In this document: positions 42,307 through 55,905 of the stretch, piece by piece
How positions within the stretch are numbered: position 1 is the stretch's first letter
Layout: each line of letters opens with the position of its first letter
From: the human T2T-CHM13v2.0 reference genome, Homo sapiens
Assembly: GCF_009914755.1 (NCBI RefSeq)
Contig: NC_060934.1
Strand: one strand, 5' to 3'
Length of the DNA: 64,000 nt
Made by a program: the position numbers and the translations under genes
Notes under the pieces: model-generated
Told to the model about the DNA's origin: nothing
Database searches by the model: none
The model's input: only the letters and a program-made list of their open reading frames with translations

Positions 42307-42472
42307 TACTGTAATGTTTTTTGACAGTCTATGCTCACTCTTAACTGCCCAGTACATTATCCAAGGATTTTAAAGATCAAAGGGTAGAATCTGAGACCCC
42401 CCACACTTTTTAAAGGAAAAAATAATTCCCCACTACCTATTTTAGCATACAATGCATATGGCACACACTAAC

Positions 42473-42527
42473 GGGCGGGGGCGGGTGGGAGGAGGCGGGG
42501 GGAGGGGGGCAGGGGAGGAGGGCGGGG
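42473..42527 (+). other. G-rich tract; potential G-quadruplex with GC boxes
   Basis: gggcgggggcgggtgggaggaggcggggggaggggggcaggggaggagggcgggg: more than four G3+ runs and several GGGCGG. Confidence 0.75.
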
Positions 42528-44049
42528 AACTGTTATGGCAAAGTTAACTCACTTAGAAGTAATTCGTCCTTTAGGGCAGAAAGGGAAAGTGCATCTTCCA
42601 GCAGGAAAGCTACAGAGTGAGAAACCTTCAAGGGAAAGAAATTAAAGAAACAGGAATAAAAAGATGCCATTGGATAGGTATGAGCAGGAGAAGATGGAGA
42701 CATTTTATAACAAATTAATCTTCAACCTTTGAGGTTATTCTTTGTATTGAAATTCAGTTGTTTTAAAGAGTCTTTATCACTAAAGACATGATGATTTCCT
42801 CATAGCTGAAAGGGAAAGTTCAAATACTGTACAAATCTAATAGTCCATCCTAAATCATTTTTGTGTAAAGATTGAGTTGTATTGAATGAATTTGTCATAC
42901 TCAGAATGAAACCGGTGCAAATGAAATTCCTGTTAAGGGGCATTAACTTTACTATTTTCTCATTTGCTATAAAAGCCTGGTAAGTACCAAGAGTTGGGAC
43001 AGACTATAGAACTTTTATGAACCGAGAAGAGAAGGGAGGAGCTTCCTGATGGCTTTAAAAGCAAATATTATTTTTTTAGTTTATGATCTAGGGAAATTAA
43101 AAATATATATATTTATCTCCCTAAGGTTTTCTAGGGTTAATTAGATACCACCGAGCTGTTGTTTTAACTCATTTGTTTGCTAGATCCTGCCATCCAATAT
43201 ATTTTAACGAGTTTCTTTATGTTAGACCCATTTTCCCAGTCATTAACCATCCATGTGCTAATCACACAATTATCTTGTCATTCATTTTATAAGACGTTCT
43301 GTAAAAACCCACAGCATCCTTCCAGAATGCAGGGGATAAAATTATATTCAGATCATAAACGTTGTTTTATTGAAAGCTTTATGAATAATTTGAGTAAAGA
43401 AACAAAAGCACAATAGGAAATATAATTCTATGTAAATAAAGGTAGTATTTAAGAATTATTGAAACCTATGAAAAGATATGTTGCTTTATGTCTTTTAGAG
43501 ATTCTGAAAAAGTGAGTTGTGAACAGTTTTAAATGATTCATTTCAACAATTGTCCAATGCAAATTCTTTAAACTCTGATCATTAAACTATCATTTTAAAA
43601 TTATTTAATGCGATCATTCGACAATATTAATGCCTAAACTTAACATAGTATTTTAAAGACATTTCTTTCTAAGATGCTGTGGCTGCCTTTGCAAAAATTT
43701 AAACAAATTGTAAAGATTGAGAGACCAGACTAGGAGTTTACTCAAACACGAGCAATAAAGCTTAACTCCCACTCACCCTCTCTAAGGAAAGACCCTTTTC
43801 TTGCTTCTCCAACCACCTTGATGAAGAGAAAGAATATCCTGCTATGTTAGGACCAGCCATTTTTTGCTTCCCCAGAAGGGATTACTCTTTGGATCAAAGA
43901 ACAGAGAACCATCTACACTGCCCTGGACACTTGGATTTGGAAATGTGGCTTCTGCCACCACCAGTTCACTGAAACAGAATGCACAGAATAGACCGAAGTG
44001 GCCAGTCTGTAATACTGGGCAGCATTCACCCTTTCCTGAAATTGGAGTC

Positions 44050-45020
44050 TACTATGGCTTCACAGACACCATCACCTGCTGTATTTCCTTAATTTGTCTG
44101 AAATTCACTATACAGTTTCCATCCAGTTTTGTTGTCTTCTGGCCTTCTTTTCTTCAGTTTTCTGCTTGGCCTTATATCCTTATCATTCAACACTCAAGTA
44201 TTCTCACAGCTTCAACTATGACTTCTAGTTTATATGCTGCCAATCTGTGTTGCCCACCAGTCTTAGCCCTGAGCAGTAGATATCTGTTCAAATGCGAGCT
44301 GGCCATCTCCATTTGTATTTCCATCTCAGATATATCGAAATCATCCCCTTTCGGGTGTCCATCTTAATGAAGAAACCATCATTCATTAAGTTGCCCCAAG
44401 CGCTTCTCTTTTCCTATTTCTACCATCATATTGTCAGTAGCATGCAATAGAAAGACAGAGCTTACTCATGTAACATGATGTTGGTTTATAGGCTTCTTTT
44501 TATTAGATTTCTTGTTCTAACAGTCACTGCCTGTGGCTTCATCCTGAAGGACTAGGAAGATCCTGTATGTTCAGGTGCTTCACACTGGGCCTGGGCAAGA
44601 CAGGAAACCTCTGAAGGGCATGACTGTCTTCTGGCTGGGACATGCCCAACACTTTATTGGAAGCTATAAACTATAAACAGCTTTTCTTACATATATTACT
44701 GGCAAGAATTATGTCATATGATCTATACTTGCTAAAAAGGAATCTTGGGAATTGAATATTTTAGCTCTCAACCTCTATAACAGCAGCAGTAGAGGGGATT
44801 ATGAAGGCAACCAGTCAAGTCACAATCCATACCTTATCCCAAGCCTCTAATTTATTTTGGATTATTATAAGACTCTCTTAAGGCCCTAATTTGAGTCATT
44901 CCTTTTCCAAATGTTTTGTGCATTCATACTCTCTACTGTTGCTGGGGTAATCTTTCTATGCAAACTTGATGAACCATTTAAAGTCCAAGTTCCTTAATAA
45001 GACACATGTGAGGTCCTCCA
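44050..45020. mobile_element. L2 (sense) interrupted by an old MLT1-type LTR (antisense, ~44430-44830)
   Basis: L2 phrases (accatcattcattaagttgcccc; taatctttctatgcaaacttga..aagtccaagttccttaa) and MLT1 phrases (actggcaagaattatgtcatatg..aaggaatcttgggaattg). Confidence 0.45.
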
Positions 45021-45675
45021 AGACCCAACTGAGGATCTGGTTCCCTGCCAAAAACACCATATGTGATTGTCAGACCTGAAAATAAATAATTACAAAGGCT
45101 CTACCTGGCAGGCCTTCCATAGAAAGCTGCCCTCCCCACACCAGACTTCTTGATGCACAGCCAGTGCATTGCAGTCTCTGAAAGGAGTTGCAGTCAAGGA
45201 TTCTGGAGGGTCTGGCCCGCCATGCTCCTAGTACACCTGCACTCTCATCAAATGACTTCATTCAGGCATCTCTTTATGGGGAGCTTTTGATGGATTCCTT
45301 CCTCAGGCACCTGTGTAGACACTTCCTTATCAGGGAGGTGAGAAAGAGGAGCCCTTTCTCTTCACTCTGACTCAGTGCTCAGTGCTTTTCCACCTAGCCC
45401 TTTCTCCTTTTCCTCCTCCCCTTGGCAGTGAGAAGCCTTCCGACATCCATGCTGATTCGCTTGACCCCCAACCTGTTCATACCATGGGGGACAGTGGAAG
45501 GGGAAGTCAGAGCTTTGTGTAGTTTAGTCTCCCGTCTATGCCATCTCAGTGAGCAAGGAAAAGCTGCACTGTTACTCTCACTATTTTTTGTTATCTTAAT
45601 CAGCAACGCAGACACCTGGCAGTTCTACTCTCTCCAGCTCAGCTTAGCTCAGCTCCTGACACTGACATCCACACC

Positions 45676-46212
45676 TGTCACAGGCCCACCACATACATCT
45701 GCTCGCTGCAGTCACAGAGCCATTACACTGAGACCGCAGCAGAGACAGAGTTTAAGGATTGCAGGGCACCCACTGAGAATATGGGAGGAGACCCTCAAAC
45801 CCATCTCCCTGATGAGTTCTGGGCTGGGATTTTTAAGGGGGTTATAGACAGCAAGGGGCTAGAAAGTTGAGGCTGTTGATTCATCGGGGGCAAGGGAGGT
45901 AAAATCATCAGGATAAGGAAACAGCTGACATAGAGGTTTCATCAGTATGCAGGACCTGAAGAAATGTCTCAAAGGGAAAACAACGTTTCATAATGTTCAA
46001 GTTGTAATCTATTGAGCAGTCAAAGGGACCTATAATCATGTAGCAGGGTCCATGTGATTCTAGGACAATGGGAACTGAACAAATATGAGGAAGCAGGTCA
46101 GAAAGCAGCTGACCTAGGATTAACACTGAACGTGTTGCAAACTTGCTTCCTTTCCATTTCTTCCCAGCCCTTCTTCTCTGATTAATCTACAAAGTTTATG
46201 GAGGTGGCTTCA
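45676..46212 (-). mobile_element. LTR26-like ERV1 solo LTR
   Basis: Reverse complement begins tgaagccacctccataaactttgtagattaatcagagaagaaggg; 4-bp TSD cacc/cgcc. Confidence 0.7.
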
Positions 46213-46289
46213 CGCCCACCTATTTCTTTACACCCTTCCCTCTTTGTGCTGGCCCCAAATTCTGTGCTCCAAACAGTTCCTCAACCTAA

Positions 46290-47290
46290 CACACGTCTTT
46301 CTAAGGACACTTATTTCCTTTTCTCTCTGTGAATGCACAGATGCGAAATCATTGGATCATAGGGTCAAGGTAGGTTACCTTTGTAAGAAACTGCCAATAA
46401 GTTTTCCAAACATACTGTACCATTTTACACCCCCAAAAGCAACATATGATAGTTTCAATTGACCCACACATTATTGTCAGTCATTGGTGTGGTCAACCAC
46501 TTTAATTTAATTTAATTTAATCATTTTAGTTAGAATTACCCATTCTAGTACAGTGGTACTGGATTGCCATTTAATTTGCATTTTCTTTAAAACTAATAAT
46601 GTTTCAGCATATTTTCATATGTTTATTTGCTATGGACATGTCTTATTTGGGGACGAGTCTGTTTAAATAGTTTGCCCTTTCTATTGTTATTTTATTTTGA
46701 GAATTATTTTTATAATCTAGGTACAAGTTCTTTGTTGATATGTGCTGTGCAAATATTTTTTCCCAGTGTGTGGTTTGTCTTTTTGTTTTCTTAACAGTGT
46801 CTGTTGAAGTGCATTTGTTAAATCTCAGTAAAATCCAATTTATCAATTTTTTCTCTTATGGATTTTGCTTTCAGTCTTGTATCTAAGAAATCTTTACGTA
46901 AGCCAAGATCATAAAATTTTTCTTTTTTTAATTTTATAGCTTCAGTTTCAGTTTTTTAATTCAATAATCAAGAAATGTCAGATATGAAATTTCAATTCTA
47001 AAAGTTTCAAATAATTTTATTTTTATAATTTTTAAATATCTCCTGAGGTTCTCTACCTTTTTAACTGGTGCATCTTTCTTCCTAATGAATAGATTCTATG
47101 ACATATTGTAGTTATTTCAAAATCTTTGTCAAAGAATTCCAACATCTGTGTCATCTAAAAGTTTGTTTCTGTTTACTTTTTTCCTCTTGATTATTGGTCT
47201 CTTTTGCAAAGGTGCATAACTCTTAACCTTTTATTACATGCTGTGTGTATTTTTGAAGTAGAAGCCATGGATAAAGTAGAAAATATGCAA
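46290..47290 (-). mobile_element. Old L1M fragments, antisense
   Basis: Antisense ORF 46643-46846 reads ..DTVKKTKRQTTHWEKIFAQHIS.. (L1 ORF2). Confidence 0.8.
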
Positions 47291-47295
47291 TACAT

Positions 47296-47335
47296 GCACA
47301 CACACACACACACGTGCAAATGCACACACACATGC
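47296..47335. repeat. (CA)n microsatellite, imperfect
   Basis: gcacacacacacacacacgtgcaaatgcacacacacatg. Confidence 0.85.
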
Positions 47336-48492
47336 ATTTCCCACCAACCAAGGGAAGATGACCTTCCTTCTGCGGGGACGTGAGGGTGATATGTGCGTGA
47401 AAGGCTGATCAATTTCATACAGTCAATCAAAAGATGTGTTATTTTGCCACCTGAAGACTTTAAGACTGTGAGATGTTGAGTCTTCTTAACTTCAAAATCC
47501 ATGAGACTAGGAGACCACCAGGTTGAGACCATGAGACACTGACGCCTTGAGAGGAAAGCTCTCTTCTGCCTCCCAATTCCTCCCAGCCTTGGTTTCTCTG
47601 CAATGTTCCCATTAATATTGGATATCTTTGCATTCAGGCTTGTCCAGATTCAAACCTGAAAAAGCATCAGACCACAGGTTTATTGATTTTGGTTGATCTT
47701 TTCTAATTCAAGCAAACCTAGGTTTTATTTTAGGTCCACAACTCTTCCTGCACTGCCTCCCAAGGTCCCCAGCAGGTCCCAAATATAAAGGCTTCTGTGT
47801 CACTTTTCACCTGGGAAGGCTGTATCCTTGGGACTTAGTGGGTTTGTTTATTTGGTTGGTTTGTTGATTCTTTTTAAAAATATATCTATGTATCTCCAAC
47901 TCTGATGCCTTCAAGAACATTATGACATGGCAGATTATCTAGAAGTTTCTTACATTTTAGCAGAAATTAGAAGTTCTTTCCCATCTTAACTGGAATTGGA
48001 ACTCCAAAAAAAGTACTAATTACCCTCAAATGTTATCCAAGTAATTCTTCAAATTATCCATTCTGTTTTAAAAATATTCTAATATATGTATTCTTCTTGT
48101 ATGTATATTGATTGCATTCTATCTCTTTAAAATTTACACTGTGAATTTCTTCTAACACATTGAGCTAAAAGTTTTTCATGTTTCGTCTTTGTAGGAGACA
48201 GCCTTTTATGTCTGTTGATATACAATATTCTATCATCAATCTCTAATTATTTTGTAATAAAAGTTTTGATTTATTTTTCATAGTCACTTAGAAGAGAGCT
48301 TTTTGTAACTTGGTTATTAATTTTGGCTTATGTTGCATTATGTTAAACAGCTGTTTGTGGGATTATTATTACATATTGAAAATATTAAAAATTATATTAT
48401 TTAATAATTGTCAAATTTGGAAGTAGAACCTAAGAACTTAAAAAAATTAAGCTCATTCTCCTTTATTGACAATAAAATTTTATTTGTTAATG

Positions 48493-48560
48493 TATTCTCT
48501 CTATGTATATGTGAACATATTCTCTCTATATATGTGATATATTCTCTCTATATATATGTG
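48493..48560. repeat. ~22-24 bp tandem repeat x3
   Basis: tattctctctatgtatatgtgaaca / tattctctctatatatgtgata / tattctctctatatatatgtg. Confidence 0.75.
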
Positions 48561-48728
48561 TTACATTAGTTTATTTCTGTAATTCTAATTATTTATACAT
48601 GTATATAATAAATTATGTTTTCCTGACATATTATAGCTTTTATAATATATGTTTCTCCTTGTTGAAGTTTTTAAAAATTTATATTACACTAGTTTTAAAG
48701 TAAAATATTAAGCAAGTGGTATAACATC

Positions 48729-49746
48729 TGGAAAAAACTCAAACTATGTTTTTCCTCTGCTCTCACACCAAAACAAAAACAATCATTAACACAGAAGACT
48801 TCTGAGTTATGGAGATTTCTCTCCACCAGCAAGCAGGCACTCATTTCTGCAGTGGACACCAGCTGGGTGTCCTCCAATTCAGTGCCAACATCTACTTGGA
48901 GGCGGCATCAGATCCCACGCAGCTTGAGGACTCCTCAGTCTCCAGGGCTCTCCTCCCTTCCCGTCAGACAACAGGCAAGTCTAGGCCTCTAGAACTTCTG
49001 ACCAACCAGTTTTACAATGGGGTTCCTGCAACACCCTCTTTGGGTTTGGTTAGTTGGCTAGAGAGGCTCACAGAACTCAGGGAAGCACGTTTCCTGGTTT
49101 ATTATAAAGGATATGTAGAGGATAGAAATAAACAGCCAGAAGAAGAGATGCATGGGGTGAGGTCTGGAAGAACCCTGAGCACAGGTTGTGTCCCCATGGA
49201 GTTGTGTTCAGCTCTCCAGAATCTCTTGAACCCTGTCCTTTGGCCTTTTAGGGAGACTTCTTTGGCTGTCCATGATTGAAGCATAGATGACTGAGTGGAA
49301 ATGTGATTTCACAAAAACGTGTGATCTAAACCCAGCCAGGCCTGTCTGTTCAGACTCTTTCAGAGTGTCTGTCCAGTGTTCCTTCCTCCAGGGTATGGGA
49401 CAGGACCCTCTCTGAAGTGAGAGTCAGATTAGAGTCCTGCCAAGAGGGCAGGTGAAAGGAGGATTGGAGAAGATCAGAGAGAGTGAGAGATTCTGTTTCC
49501 TGAAGCCTGCTCCTGAGGCCTAAAGCACCCCAACATTACAACAAAAGATGTGACTAGGGTTATGGGAGTTATGAGCCAGGAATGGTGGATGAAAAAAAAT
49601 ATATATATATATATATGTTTTCTATATATATATAGTTATATATATTAGTTTTCTATATATATAGAGATTATATGTATATAGATATATCTATATGTATTTA
49701 TTATATATATTTATTATATATACACATATAAAATCATACTATCACA
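48729..49746 (-). mobile_element. MER21A-like ERVL solo LTR with internal (TA)n expansion at ~49600-49725
   Basis: gacaccagctgggtgtcctccaattc; ggctcacagaactcagggaa; gggttatgggagttatgagccaggaa; ends ..atcaca. Confidence 0.8.
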
Positions 49747-50369
49747 TATAACTAATACACAGGAAGAATAAAACACAAGAATTTAGAGAATGTAATATGT
49801 AAATTCTTCAATCTTTGGGAAACAGTACCTGTTATCACACATTTTGTTATATCCTCTGACAAAGTTCGGACTACAGATGAGGTGCAGACTTGCCATTGGG
49901 TGTAAATTGAATGCAAAGCATGTGATCTCTGGTTGGAATTAAGCATGAGTGGGATATAATGACCCTCAAATACTAAAATTTTTCATTCATTCTCTGTCAG
50001 TTCCACCTAGAGAGTTTTTTGGCTGGTAGAGGCATAATAAAACTAAATGGTGCTCACACATTGCTCTTACATGTATATTCTTCATTAAATGACTTTTTAA
50101 TGTGAGTCTCATGGAAATTTCAATTTTATGATATATTTTATTTGACTGATCATTCTGATTTGAATTTTCCCATGTGAACTTTAGGAAAGCTTTTTGAACC
50201 CAGAGACTTTCCTCCAAAGGACACTTTAACCCATTTAAAAAATAAAGATTGCTTCTACTTCTGGGATGATAAAGTATTTATGCTTTCCCCTTTTCTTCCC
50301 ACTAAGCACAACAAAAATCTTAAATGTTTTATATACGTATAAACACAGAAAGACTCTTAAGGTGGAGAG

Positions 50370-53300
50370 AAGAGGCGGATGAGTGAGTGAGCCCAGGACT
50401 CCAGATAAACCATGGGGGTGAAATGCTCGGGTTTTCTTTCTCCCAGATAGAAACCACAATTGGAGCTGAAAATTGCAGAAACCTGGAAATCGCAAAGGTC
50501 ACAGGCAATAAATGACCAAAAAAAGGATCTGAAAAGAGCAGCCTTGCAAGACAGAATGTTTTGAGAAGAAAATGCTCCATTGTAGCCAAACATCACCTAA
50601 TAAACTGCAGGCCCACCCATGCCCCCACCAGCCAGGGCTGAGTGCAGAGCCCCACCAGGCACAATGGGGAGACACAGCCCCGGACCCTGCGGTGTCAGGT
50701 GAGGCTCTGGTGAGTCGGGACACCCAGCAGCAAGTCCAACTCCCTCAAATGGCATCACCAGGGGCCACGTGGAAGCAGTAAAGAGGGGCTTGTTCCCTTC
50801 ATCAGGAATTCACCAGTGGAAGCCTAGTGAGGACCAGAAGTCCCACCCCCAGCTGTACCAGGGAATCGCCTCCACGGTTGCTAATGAAGACAGATAGGAA
50901 ACTTAAACTGTATACCCACAGGTGACAGTAACAGCATGGTGCTCAGCCAACCCCTGATGGAGCAGCCGGAAGAACCCAGCTAAAACAAAAAATGTCTCTA
51001 TTATCCAAAATCCCAAAGCATAATAACCAAGATATCCAGATTTCAGTGTAAACAACTGTTACAACAAGAACCACAGCAGAGTCTCATAGAGAATGAAGGA
51101 AGGCAAGCGATGGACACACACACTGGAAGTCAGACACGTCAAAGCTTCAGAGATTCTAAAGTGGTCATTATAAAAATGCTTGAAGGAGTCGCTATGAACA
51201 CACTACAACACATGCAAAAATGCAAATTTAAGCTCTGTCATAAATCTTTATATTAAATGACAACGGTCCTAATACAATTAAAAGACGAAGGTTGGCAGAC
51301 CCCAAAAAACATGACTCAAATGTATGCTATCTGTAAGAAACTCCCTTTAAATATAAGGATGGAGGCAGGTTGAAAATAAAAGGATGGAAAAACATATATT
51401 ATGCACGTACCAATTTTCAAAAAATAGTAATGGTTGTGTTAATATTCAATAAAGTGGACGTCAGAGCAAATAAAATGCTTACATGCAGACATGAGCATTA
51501 TATACTAATAAATGGTCATCCACTAAGAAAACAGCAATCCTAGAAATGTATGCACCACACATATTATAAACAAAATATCTGAAGCAAAAGCTTATAAAGG
51601 TTACAGAGGATCATTTTTTTTAAAAAAAATATCAATTATAGTTGAGCCTTCAACACTCCTCTCTCAACAACTGGTAGAAAAATTAGAAAATTAGCAAGAA
51701 TATAGTAAAACTTAACAACATCATTCAGTAACCACAGGTAACTGGCATTTTAAAGCATTCCACCCAACAACAGCAGAATTCACCTTCCTTTAAAGTGTCT
51801 ACAGAACATAAACCAAGATAGATAATTTCCTGGGACATAAAACTAACCTCAAAAAATTAAAACAATTGAAAGTATACATTGTGCTATTTGATCACAATGG
51901 AATAAAACTAGAAATTAATAACATAAACATAACAGGACAATTCCCAAACAGTTGGAAAGTAAACATGACTAAATAACCCATGAATCAAAGAAGTCTCATG
52001 GGGAATTACAGAAATACATTGGACTTATGAAAATGAAAATTCAGCCTAGCAACATTTGTGGAGCACAGCTAGAGGAATGTGAGATGAAAATTTATAGCAC
52101 TAAGAGCATATATTAGAAAGGAGGAAAGGCTTAAATCAATAATCTATGTTATCTCCTCAAGGAAAAGTAACTCCAAACAAGCAGAAGGAATGAAATAATA
52201 AAGATAAGAGCAAAATCAATGAAATGGAAAACAGAAAAATAGAGAAAAAATCAGTAATCAGTAACAAGCTGGTACTCTGAAAAGATCACTAAAACTTCTA
52301 GTAAAAATGACAAAAAGAGAAGATGAAAATTACCAATATCAGAAATGAAACAGGGAACATCATTACAAACTGCAGATATCAAAAGGATAATATGGGAAGA
52401 TAACAAACCACTCTGCACCTGTAAATGTGATGATTTTGGTGAAGTAAACCAATGTCTCAAAAAACACACATTACCACAGTGTATCCAGAATGAAGTAGAT
52501 AATTTGAATAGCCCTACAATTATGAAGGAAATCAAATTGACAATGTAAGAACCCCCTTAACAAGAAATTCCTAGGCCCATATGGTGTCACTGAAGAATTC
52601 ACCAAATGTTTAAACAAGAATTAACATCAATTCTATACCATCTTTTGTAGTAAATAATGGAGGAGAAAACATTTCCCAATTTATATTATGAAGCTAGGTT
52701 TACCATGATACCAACACTCAGAAAGAAAGTACACAAAAACTACAGACTAATATCCCTCCAGAATATAAGCACTACAATCAACAATCTTTAACAAGATATT
52801 AACAAGTAAAAATTAGCAATATTGGAAAGAATTGCCCACCATGACCAAGTGGGTTTATTCCAGGGACAGGGTTGTTCAATATTTGAAAATCCAGTAATGC
52901 AATCCAGCATATTAACAAGCCAAGCTAAAGAAGAAAAGCATATGCTCTTAACGATTGACCCAGAAAAAAGCCTTTAACAAAAGTCATCACTTATTCATGT
53001 TAAAAATTCTCTGAAAAATGTTAATGGAAGGGAACTTCATCAACTTTATAAAGAGTTTCTACTGAAAAACATAAATGAAAACAACTCTACAGCTTGTTCT
53101 ACTTGATGATGAAAGACTGAATGTTTTCCCCCTAAGATGAGGAACAAGCCAAAATCTCTATTCTTGCCACTGTTATTTCGCATATTACTAGAAGTTCCTG
53201 TTAATGCAATAATGCAAGAAAAAATTGATGGGACACAAAACAAAAATGAAAAAATAAAACTCTCTATTTTACAGACGACTTCATTGTCTACATAGAAAAT

Positions 53301-54190
53301 CTCAAGATATCTAAACAAAACAAAATGAAACTCTAGAACTAGTTACTGAACTCAGTTATTACAGAATACAAGATAAACATACAAAATTTATGTGTATTTT
53401 TAAGGCTAACAATGAACACAATGAACAAGAAAATTGAAAATAAAATAACATTTAAAATTGTTTAAAAAGAAATAGGCATAAATTTAATAAAGCTTATATA
53501 GGGCTGGGCACAGTGGCTCACACCTGTAATCTCAACATTTTGGGAGGCTGAGGAAGGAGGATTGCTTGAGCCCTGGAATTTGAGACCAGCCTGGGCAAGA
53601 TGGAGAGATCCCACCTCTACAAAATAATTATAATAATTAGTCAGGCATGGTGGTACATACCTGTAGCCCCAGCTACTCCGATAGCTGAGACGGGAAGATC
53701 TCTTGAGCCCAGGGATTCAAAGATCCAGTGAGCTGTGATTGCACCACTACACTCCAGCCTAGATGAGAGAGAGTGAGACCCTGTCATATATATATGTAGG
53801 ACTATACGACTTGTATGCTGAAAGCTTTAAAATGCTAATGAAATAATTAAAGAGCTAAATAACTGAGGACACATACCATAACCATGGATTGGAAGACGGC
53901 ATAGTAAAGATGCCTGTCATCTCCAAGTTTATATACAGATTCAATCCAGTGTCTATCAAAATTCCAGCAAAATTTTTGTGGATGCAGACAAGTTTATTCT
54001 CAAACTTATGTAGAAAGACATAGGAATAAATAAACAATTTTTAAAGGAAAAATGAAGTGGGAGGAATCAATCCAGTTTCCAGGCTTATGTTGATGCACTA
54101 ATCACAACTGTGTGGTAATTCATAGTGGATAGACACGTGGATAAATTGAACAGAATAGAAAACCTAGAAATAGACCCACACATACACGCA
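50370..54190 (+). mobile_element. Long old L1M (MC/MD-like): 5' region plus ORF2 EN-RT remnant
   Basis: EN-like ..ttgaaaataaaaggatggaaaaacatatattatgca (LKIKGWKNI); RT-like tacagactaatatccctc, catgaccaagtgggtttattccaggg, tttacagacgacttcattgtc. Confidence 0.85.
53502..53794 (+). mobile_element. AluJ inserted in L1; tail replaced by (TA)n
   Basis: ggaggattgcttgagccc..; ends gagaccctgtcatatatatat. Confidence 0.9.
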
Positions 54191-54427
54191 TGACTTTTAT
54201 AAAAATTGATGAGTTGTATCTAAAACTCACATGGAAATATAAAAAACTATAGTTTTTTTATATATAAAGATAAAATATAAAAAGTGATTTATTTTAAAGC
54301 AGAAGAAAGTTGGAGGATTTATTCCAGTTGATTTTAGAACTGACTCTAAAGCTACAGTAAACAAGACTATGTGGTATTGGTGAAAAAACAGATGACTATG
54401 TCTATGAAACTACAGAGAATGTGTAGA

Positions 54428-54652
54428 GAATGCTTCTCAATCTTGGCCTGTTGACATTTGGGGACAGATAATTCTTTGTTGTGGGGCTGCCCAGTGATTT
54501 GTAGGACTTTATCAGCATCTCTGACCTCTATATACAAATGCTATTTAATAGTAGTATCTTCCAGTTATGACAAGCAAAATTGTCTGCAGACATTAACAAA
54601 TGTTCCCTAGGGGGCAACTGGGCAAAAAATTACCCTTAATTCAGAACTACTT
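54428..54652. mobile_element. MER20 hAT/Charlie DNA transposon
   Basis: ttgacatttggggacagataattctttgttgtggggctgccc..cagttatgacaagcaaaattgtctgcagacatt..aaatgttccctaggggg. Confidence 0.85.
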
Positions 54653-55011
54653 GTTTAGAAGTTGACCTACACATGTATGTTAAGTAGATTTTTGACAAAG
54701 ATATCAAGGCAATTCAATGGGAAGCAGAAAGTTATTTCAAAAAATGATGCTGGAAAATTAGACACAGGTGCTTTACTCACACCGTAGAAACCCCAAAAGT
54801 AACTTGAAATGGATCACAGACATTAATATAAAACCTAAAACTAAAACAGGCAAGATACTACCAAACACCTTCTGGAAAGACTGAAGACTGTGACCACACC
54901 AAGGACTGGTGAGGACATAGGACACACATACCTCTCAAACAGTGGGTGAGTATGGTGTGACAGCTTTGGAAAAAATTTGGCAATTCTTTTTGACAAGTAA
55001 AATATACATCT

Positions 55012-55905
55012 ATCTCGTAGTCTACTTGGGCTTCTACAACAAAGCACCACAGACTGGGTGGCTTATAAACAGAAATTTATTTCTCACAGTTGCGGAGGCT
55101 GGAAGTTGAAGATCACGGTGCCAGCAGATTCGCGGTCCAGTGAGGACCGGCTTCCTGGTTCATGGACGGCACCTTCTGACTGTCCTCACATGGCAGAAGG
55201 GGTGAGGGAGCTCTCTGAAGTCTGTTTTAGAAGAGCACTAATCCCTGATGGCCAGTGATGATGAGCATTTTTTCATGTGTCTGTTGGCTGCATAAATATC
55301 TTCTTTTGAGAAGTGTGTTCATACCTTTCACCCACTTTTTGACGGGGTTTTTTTTTTCTTGTAAATTTGTTTGAGTTCTTTGTAGATTCTGGATATTAGC
55401 CCTTTGTCAGATGAGTAGATTCCAAAAATTTTCTCCCATTCTGTAGGTTGCCTGTTCAATCATTCTCAGCAAACTATCACAAGGACAAAAAACCAAACAC
55501 CGCATGTTCTCACTCATAGGTGGGAATTGAACATTGAGAACACCTGGACACAGGAAAGGGGACCTCACACTCCAGGACCTGTTGTGGGGTGAGGGGAGGT
55601 GGGAGGGATAGCATTAGGAGATATACCTAATGTAAATGACGAGTTAATGGATGCAGCACACCAACATGGCACATGTGTACATATGTAACAAACCTGCACG
55701 TTGTGCACATGTACCCTAGAACTTAAAGTATAATTTAAAAAATACATACATATATGTATATAAAGAAGAGCACTAATCTCTTTCATGAGGACTATAGTCT
55801 CTTGGCCTAATAAGCTCACAAAGGCCCCACCTCCTGATATCATCACTTTAGAGGAGGGGATTTCAACATGTGAATTTTAGAGGGATGCACATTCATACCA
55901 CAGCA
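55012..55905 (-). mobile_element. MLT1A0-like MaLR LTR, interrupted by an L1PA
   Basis: agactgggtggcttataaacagaaatttatttctcacagt; tgtcctcacatggcagaaggggtgagggagctctct; ends ..cattcataccacagca. Confidence 0.85.
55244..55763 (+). mobile_element. L1PA4/5-like insertion with 5' inversion (antisense 55244-55458, sense 55459-55763)
   Basis: Sense 3' end gcattaggagatatacctaatgtaaatgacgagttaatgg; inverted ORF2 segment; perfect 15-bp TSD agaagagcactaatc at 55229-55243 and 55764-55778. Confidence 0.92.

Noticed and set aside
43864-44367. Longest ORF in the window (167 aa)
   Set aside because: Non-ATG start, partly in L2-like sequence, with no recognisable domain or splice context.
48809-49279. 156-aa ORF
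   Set aside because: It lies entirely inside the MER21A-like LTR.
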